A DNA stretch of 31,176 nt from an uncultured archaeon (GTDB lineage: Archaea > Asgardarchaeota > Jordiarchaeia > Jordiarchaeales > Jordiarchaeaceae): NCBI GenBank assembly GCA_964510585.1, contig CAZECW010000181.1, positions 1 through 31,176 on the forward strand, written 5' to 3'. The notes under the pieces were generated by a model. That model ran no database searches. It was not told the DNA's origin and saw nothing but the letters and a program-made list of their open reading frames with translations. Of the stretch, positions 25,807 through 31,176 are shown piece by piece. Position numbers and translations under genes: made by a program. Every line of letters begins with the position of its first letter. Position 1 is the first letter of the stretch.

Positions 25807-27651
25807 CTAGATTTTCCCGCTCTTCCTCAGCTTCAGAGCTACATCCCTAAGCCCCAGCCGTGTGAGAGTTCGTTCAGTCGGTACACCTCTACTGTTCCAC
25901 CCTCTAAGCCTATAGTAGGTGTCCAGAAGATTGTCGTATTCTTCCCTCTGAAGCAATTTCCCCTTCAGTGGACCAGTGGGTACAGGTTCGCGGAAAAATC
26001 TCTCCGGGGGATAGTCATCCTCCCTCGACATTCCCTTTAGTATATTAATGGCGCGTGTCAAGTTGTAGATGGCTTCCGAGCGTTCAAGAAGCTTCTTCAA
26101 CGTGGTTTTTACTCCAGTCACCGCAGTATAGAATTCTGCGTAAATGTTTTCATCTACTGACAGCTCTATCCACTCCAACCTGCAAACTCCCAAACAGTCA
26201 AACAGAGGTCTTATGTGCTGGTGATATATCACTAGTTTCGCCCTCTCCTCCGCAGTCCACTTGTTCTGCATCTCTAAATCCTTGGAAATAACCCACGCTC
26301 TGGAGTGATGCGCCCCCACATCACAGGTGGCATAAGCAAGCGCCATTCCTGGAGAGGCCCTAGTATCATAAGCGCTCTGTTCCAGCCCCTTAGCCTGGAT
26401 GGCAAATGGTTTCATTTCCCGCCACTTTTCTGTCACCGTCCTCACCCCTTCCGCAACTATTTCGCCTATCCCCTCCCTCTTGGCAATCATTTCAAGAATT
26501 TTGAGCAGCGCCTCGCCATCTCCAAATTTTAGCTCTATTCCTCCAGTGTCCTCTTTGGTTAAGATTCCCCTCTCATAGGCCTCCATTAGCAGGCCGACCA
26601 GATTTCCAGAGGATATTGTATCTATTCCCAAGTCATCACAGAGATTATTGGCTTTAATTACTGTTTTAAGATCTTTGATTCCACAAGCTGAACCCAACAT
26701 TGCGGCGGTCTCATATTCCGGCCCTTCAACCACCACTTTAGTGTCTCCCTCCCTAATCACACAGTAATTTCCACAGGTCATGGGACACGCAAAACAAGCC
26801 CGATCAGTGGTTTTCACCTCCTCCATTTTATCTCCCCCTATCTCCTCAGCATGTTCAAACATGGTTTCTTGAAAGTTTCTCGTGGGCAAAACCCCTCTCT
26901 CATTGGCCCAAGCTATAACTTGAAGTGTGCCCTGTCTCTGCCAAATGTCCAGGAACTCATTCTCATAAATTGAATTGAACGAATCATAGGCGATTTCCAT
27001 AAACCTGTCCACATCTGCAACCGGTATATCCTTAAATCCCCTGACCACTATGGCTTTTACTCTTTTGGATCCCATAATCGCCCCCATGCCTGTTCTTCCC
27101 GCATTCCTACCATAGTCTGAAGTGATACAAGCAAACTTCACCAGTTTTTCTCCCGCGGGACCAATGGATAACACATGGATACCGTTATCCCCAATATCCT
27201 TCTTTAAACGTTCCTCCGTGGCCAGCGCCCCCATTCCCCAGTATTCCTCCGCATCCCTGATTTCCACATCGCCATCGTCAATCATGATGTACACGGGTTT
27301 TTTGGAAACTCCACTTAGTGCAATAGCATCGTAACCCGCCTGTTTAAGTTCAGCGCCAAAGGCTCCCCCTACGCTGCTATCCGCATAGATTCTTGTGGCA
27401 GGAGAAATGGAAACTATGGTCATTTTCCCAGCAGAGGGAACCAAGAGGCCGGTAAGAGGACCGGAAGCAAAGAATATCAAATTATCTGGACCAAAGGGGT
27501 CCACGTCTATACCAGACTCCCAAACCTTTCTGGCGCCCCAACCTCTTCCCCCTATGTACTTAATAGCCCAATCCTTGTTCGGCTTTTCTTCACCAATTTT
27601 TTCCTTGGACAAATCTATCCTTAAAATCCGATTCATGTATCCACCCATCAA
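25807..27651 (-). CDS. aor: Aldehyde ferredoxin oxidoreductase family protein (tungstopterin)
   Basis: YIGGRGWGA, SIGPAGEKLVKFACI, AGRTGMGAIMGSKRVKAI, CFACPMTC, EGPEYET, DDLGIDTIS and YYRLRGW motifs. Confidence 0.93.
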   Translation of the reverse strand: MMGGYMNRILRIDLSKEKIGEEKPNKDWAIKYIGGRGWGARKVWESGIDVDPFGPDNLIFFASGPLTGLLVPSAGKMTIVSISPATRIYADSSVGGAFGAELKQAGYDAIALSGVSKKPVYIMIDDGDVEIRDAEEYWGMGALATEERLKKDIGDNGIHVLSIGPAGEKLVKFACITSDYGRNAGRTGMGAIMGSKRVKAIVVRGFKDIPVADVDRFMEIAYDSFNSIYENEFLDIWQRQGTLQVIAWANERGVLPTRNFQETMFEHAEEIGGDKMEEVKTTDRACFACPMTCGNYCVIREGDTKVVVEGPEYETAAMLGSACGIKDLKTVIKANNLCDDLGIDTISSGNLVGLLMEAYERGILTKEDTGGIELKFGDGEALLKILEMIAKREGIGEIVAEGVRTVTEKWREMKPFAIQAKGLEQSAYDTRASPGMALAYATCDVGAHHSRAWVISKDLEMQNKWTAEERAKLVIYHQHIRPLFDCLGVCRLEWIELSVDENIYAEFYTAVTGVKTTLKKLLERSEAIYNLTRAINILKGMSREDDYPPERFFREPVPTGPLKGKLLQREEYDNLLDTYYRLRGWNSRGVPTERTLTRLGLRDVALKLRKSGKI

Positions 27652-27666
27652 TTTACCCTTTCCCTC

Positions 27667-28125
27667 CTAATCTTTAGACTGGTTCCTGTGGCTTCCCGAC
27701 CTATCTTCTCGGGGAACAAACACTATAGCTCCTTTTGGACATATTAGGCACTGAGGGTCTCCGTTGCACAAATCACATTTTAAAGGGTAGGGAATGTCTG
27801 GATGCGTAAAGAGGGCTCCGAAGGGACATGCTTCTAGGCATTTTTTACACCCGGTACATTTTTGGGGGTTGAGCTTAACTGTTCCCTGCTCAATGGTGAT
27901 AGCCCCCTCGGGACACGCTTCCATGCATGCTGGTTTCTTACACTGTCTACAAACCACTGGCTTATTTATTCCTGGCTCAGGGAAAAGAGTTTGTACCCTG
28001 ATTCTTGATTTCTTGGGGTTGTTTACTTTAAAATGATACAAACTGCAAACAAGCTCACATATGTGGCAGCCCGCACATTTTTCGGGTATCACCTTTAAAG
28101 TCATCTGGGAACTCTCCTGGCTCAA
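27667..28125 (-). CDS. 4Fe-4S dicluster (multi-ferredoxin) protein associated with AOR
   Basis: CAGCHICELVC, CRQCKKPACMEACP, CTGCKKCLEACP and CDLCNGDPQC motifs. It lies immediately upstream of aor. Confidence 0.92.
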   Translation of the reverse strand: MSQESSQMTLKVIPEKCAGCHICELVCSLYHFKVNNPKKSRIRVQTLFPEPGINKPVVCRQCKKPACMEACPEGAITIEQGTVKLNPQKCTGCKKCLEACPFGALFTHPDIPYPLKCDLCNGDPQCLICPKGAIVFVPREDRSGSHRNQSKD

Positions 28126-28235
28126 TCGTGAACCATCCCTTTAATTTTCATCTAGCTAAATATTTAGCGGCTATGAAAGCTTTTTGTATATGCCTAAAAT
28201 AATTTTTCTGAAATTTTGTGTAGTTATATCAGTGT

Positions 28236-29141
28236 TTATGTCTCTTTTTCCGCTTCTGTTGTTTCCCTTAATTTCTTTAGGACTTGGTCTTTGGTCTTCT
28301 GGTCTCTGAATGCTAGTTTTCCCTCGGAGGATATGTAGAGTTTAGAGGTTTCAGCTTCTACAAGCGGCCCCACTTTTCTGAAGTCAATATCCTGTCTTGC
28401 CCTTAATCCCTTTATGGCCTCAAAAACATTGTTTCCCTCTAATGTTATTTTATTTATTCCCTCCACTCCGCTAAATTGTGAGTCACATGCAAAAGCCACT
28501 TTTTTAACTGTGTCTTTTTCCGCAAATTCTTGCAAAACATATGGTGGGAAGGTGTCAGGTTGAAATTTTGTTTTTAGTGCTTTTTCTAGGGCCCTTTTGA
28601 ATTCTCCACCTTCTTTCTCAGACTCCGCGTCTATTAGCAGTTTCCTTTTCTCCATGTCTAAAATGGATCTTACGCGGGCTACTCTATTCACCACTCTATA
28701 CTTAAAACCCCATTGTTCTATTAGTACGGGCTTATCCTCATAAGAATATACTATGTAATACTCCTTATCTTTTGAAATTTCATAAACTTTGAGAAATGAT
28801 TTATCAATGTGTTTTTTCAGGATGCCGTTAAGAGAATTTTCCAAGTCTTTGACATCGATGTTCCCGATGGAATTTGAATAGCTGTAAACCGCCCACAAAC
28901 CAAATTTTAAAGCCAAATTTATATCGTAGAGAAGCAGAAGTTCTAGGAACTTTGCCACTACTAATTCTTTTCCATCTAGTATATTTATGATTTCGTCGAT
29001 ACCTGAATTTTCAAGGATTCCAAACCCCCAACCAGAAACCAGTCTCCGGATCATCTTTTTGCTCAAAGGCTTAAAGAGAATCTGCAGAACATCTTTACTC
29101 AACTTTACCCTTTTGTGTTCCGCGTAACTCAAGAAACTCAC
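28236..29141 (-). CDS. Hypothetical protein, candidate CENP-N/Chl4-like
   Basis: 301-aa clean ORF with by-eye similarity to CENP-N in several collinear blocks (see findings). The coding call is solid; the family call is tentative. Confidence 0.6.
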   Translation of the reverse strand: MSFLSYAEHKRVKLSKDVLQILFKPLSKKMIRRLVSGWGFGILENSGIDEIINILDGKELVVAKFLELLLLYDINLALKFGLWAVYSYSNSIGNIDVKDLENSLNGILKKHIDKSFLKVYEISKDKEYYIVYSYEDKPVLIEQWGFKYRVVNRVARVRSILDMEKRKLLIDAESEKEGGEFKRALEKALKTKFQPDTFPPYVLQEFAEKDTVKKVAFACDSQFSGVEGINKITLEGNNVFEAIKGLRARQDIDFRKVGPLVEAETSKLYISSEGKLAFRDQKTKDQVLKKLRETTEAEKET

Positions 29142-29364
29142 CGTGGAAACCCATTTTTAACACGAACAGGAAACAACTCTATGAAACTTAATTCTTACCC
29201 TTCTAAAATAGGTTTAATCTCTACTATTGTAAATAATCTTTTGGAGGTTTGGACTCTCACCGAAATATTTTTCCTAATAAAAACCTAAGATTTAGTTACT
29301 TAAATTTATAACTAAAAAATGAATTGATTCGCACATCTTCACGTTCCCTGTTGGGGCTGATTCA

Positions 29365-30165
29365 ATGATAATAGACGCTCATATTCACCCTTATTTTAAC
29401 AGAACTGGCACTAAGGGACTGGGTTTCGTGGGGAACTTGGAAGGCGTACTAGCCTATTACTCATTAAAGTATCTGAGGAATGAGTTTGGTGTGAAAAGAC
29501 TTGGATACTACCTTATGGAACGCATGTTCAGAAACGGTATTGGAAGAGCAATAGTGTCGCCATTTTTCCCCTACATAACACCCATTGTGAAGAGTTTGAT
29601 AGACATTTTTCCGGAAACCTTTATGGGTTTCTGTTGCGTGGATCCCCACGATTCTAAGGCGGGGCAAATTCTAGAATTCCATATAAGGCAAGGCTTCAAG
29701 GGTTTAAAGCTTCACGCCGTGCACCAAAATTTCTGGCCAAATGAAGCTATGCACATTTGGGAGAAGGCTGAAAAGCTCAATATTCCCGTCCTCGTCCACT
29801 CAGGGAAAATATGGCAGAATGATACAGACAACTCCAATCCCCTATACTACAGAGAAATTATTGATCAGTTTCCAAGATTAAAACTTATCATTGCACACTT
29901 GGGCGGAACCTTCGAGAAGGAGGCATTAGAGTTGGCAAAGAAATATGATAACGTCTACTTAGACACATCCGGCGGAACAGCTGAAAAAGTTATGATTGCC
30001 ATAAAAGCCTTGGGCAGTGAACGGATCATTTTTGGAAGCGATATGCCCTTTATTCCATACGGTGATCCACAGTACGAGGTTAACAAAATTCGAAATTTAG
30101 ATATAAGTAACGAAGAAAAGCAACTTATTCTGGGCCAAAATATTTTAAGACTAATCAAACGCTAA
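29365..30165 (+). CDS. Amidohydrolase family protein (Amidohydro_2 type)
   Basis: IIDAHIH, FKGLKLH, PVLVHSG, IIAHLGG, NVYLDTSG and RIIFGSDMP motifs. Confidence 0.9.
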   Translation: MIIDAHIHPYFNRTGTKGLGFVGNLEGVLAYYSLKYLRNEFGVKRLGYYLMERMFRNGIGRAIVSPFFPYITPIVKSLIDIFPETFMGFCCVDPHDSKAGQILEFHIRQGFKGLKLHAVHQNFWPNEAMHIWEKAEKLNIPVLVHSGKIWQNDTDNSNPLYYREIIDQFPRLKLIIAHLGGTFEKEALELAKKYDNVYLDTSGGTAEKVMIAIKALGSERIIFGSDMPFIPYGDPQYEVNKIRNLDISNEEKQLILGQNILRLIKR

Positions 30166-30239
30166 ATCACCAGTTCACAAGCTCTACCAAAACAGCGTCT
30201 CACTTTTTATTTTGAGGCAGGACAAGTTATCTCTCAGCA

Positions 30240-30689
30240 TTATGATTTGACATATTTGTAGAAGGCGCAGTGCAAATCCTTAATTATAGTGTATCTAAAA
30301 TCTATGGACGTTTTCCCTATCACTGATTCCTCTACTGCCTGCATAGCGCCCGCAAACAGCTCCTTGTTTCCCTTCTCGAAAGATTCTAAAAGTTTTTCGC
30401 TGGCCTTAAAAATTGGATTCTCCAAAAGCTCAGAAAAGCGGTCTCTCCTTCCCTTAATAAACTCTATGGCTTTTCGCGGGGGCTCAAGCAGATTTATTAA
30501 AATGGACTGCGCAACCATGTCAAAAACATATTCTGCAGCCCGCTTAAAATCACCCGACCTAAGAAGCGAACTGACAGAATCAGCAGCACTCCTCGCCGCG
30601 TCCTGCAAATCCTCTCTAACATTCTGTACCATAGCCTCAAAGGCCTCCATATCCTTGCTACTAGGCGCACTAAGATATCTCTCAGACAA
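30240..30689 (-). CDS. Helical hypothetical protein
   Basis: Open frame with protein-like composition. Likely TTG start at 30689 with GGAGG 7 nt upstream; the ORF extends to 30773. Confidence 0.65.
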   Translation of the reverse strand: MSERYLSAPSSKDMEAFEAMVQNVREDLQDAARSAADSVSSLLRSGDFKRAAEYVFDMVAQSILINLLEPPRKAIEFIKGRRDRFSELLENPIFKASEKLLESFEKGNKELFAGAMQAVEESVIGKTSIDFRYTIIKDLHCAFYKYVKS

Positions 30690-31062
30690 AATATAACCTC
30701 CAAAACATAAAACCGATGATAAAAAATAACTAACTACCTTTTTTAACATTATCGGCAAATGGGTCAACGCCAAACATAGGAAAGACTTATCCTGGGCATC
30801 CCTTAAGCGAAACCATAAGGAACAGCCCGCGTTTTTTCCCTAGTTTTGCGGAAAAACATTTGACTGGTCTATCGTCTAAAAGGCTTACCTAGAGAAAAGA
30901 AGCCCAAAAAAAGCCTTTTTTCATATCTAAAAAACCAGAAATTCCAAAAAATACATGTTTATTTCCATTTTAACAACATAGTGAAGTATTGCTTTACTTT
31001 TCTGTTTTGAGTACACGCTTGTAAAATTTATTTTTCATGTTTTGGGTTTTCCTTACCATTTA

Positions 31063-31176
31063 TTTGCCATGAAAAACTTTTTTCATACTTTGTCTAAGAC
31101 GCTTTAAGCGTATAATGGTTTGCCATGAAAAACTTTTTTCATATTTCTGTCTAAAACGCTTAAGCGTATGAATGTT
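31063..31176. repeat. Two imperfect 56-bp direct repeats, each containing two palindromes
   Basis: Copy 1 (31063-31118) and copy 2 (31119-window end) share TTTGCCATGAAAAACTTTTTTCATA...TGTCTAA.ACGCTT(T)AAGCGTAT. Confidence 0.85.

Noticed and set aside
31063-31176. CRISPR array
   Set aside because: The units are adjacent and similar along their whole length with no unique spacers, and no cas genes are in the window.

Overview
Archaeal chromosomal window, about 40% GC by eye. Archaeal signals include a tungsten AOR, an NDP-forming acyl-CoA synthetase, GGAGG/GGTGA ribosome-binding sites, TATA-box promoters and frequent TTG starts. A longin-like protein and other eukaryote-like proteins suggest an Asgard archaeon (inference). 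Most of the window is metabolic: a PaaK-like ligase fragment, a radical SAM/SPASM enzyme, a leuB-like/leuC/leuD cluster, an FAD oxidoreductase with a CCG Fe-S partner, an NTP-transferase/phosphomannomutase fusion, a SIS protein, a D-2-hydroxyacid dehydrogenase, an acyl-CoA dehydrogenase, a split UxaA/SuyAB-type lyase, ACD alpha, AmrS, AOR with a ferredoxin-like subunit, and an amidohydrolase. The standout is leuC. Its true N-terminus (start 4306) is separated from the rest of the gene by a 33-nt in-frame insert carrying TAG and TAA. The insert folds into a canonical bulge-helix-bulge (BHB) motif, and BHB-rule splicing restores a full-length 418-aa protein, so it looks like an archaeal mRNA intron. 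Other notable items are a CENP-N/Chl4-like candidate (28236-29141), a translationally coupled longin-like plus coiled-coil gene pair, an uncalled 42-aa basic/acidic microprotein, kb-scale oscillating G+T/A+C strand skew, and a palindrome-rich 56-bp direct repeat at the right edge. I recognised no rRNA, tRNA, CRISPR array or intact mobile element.
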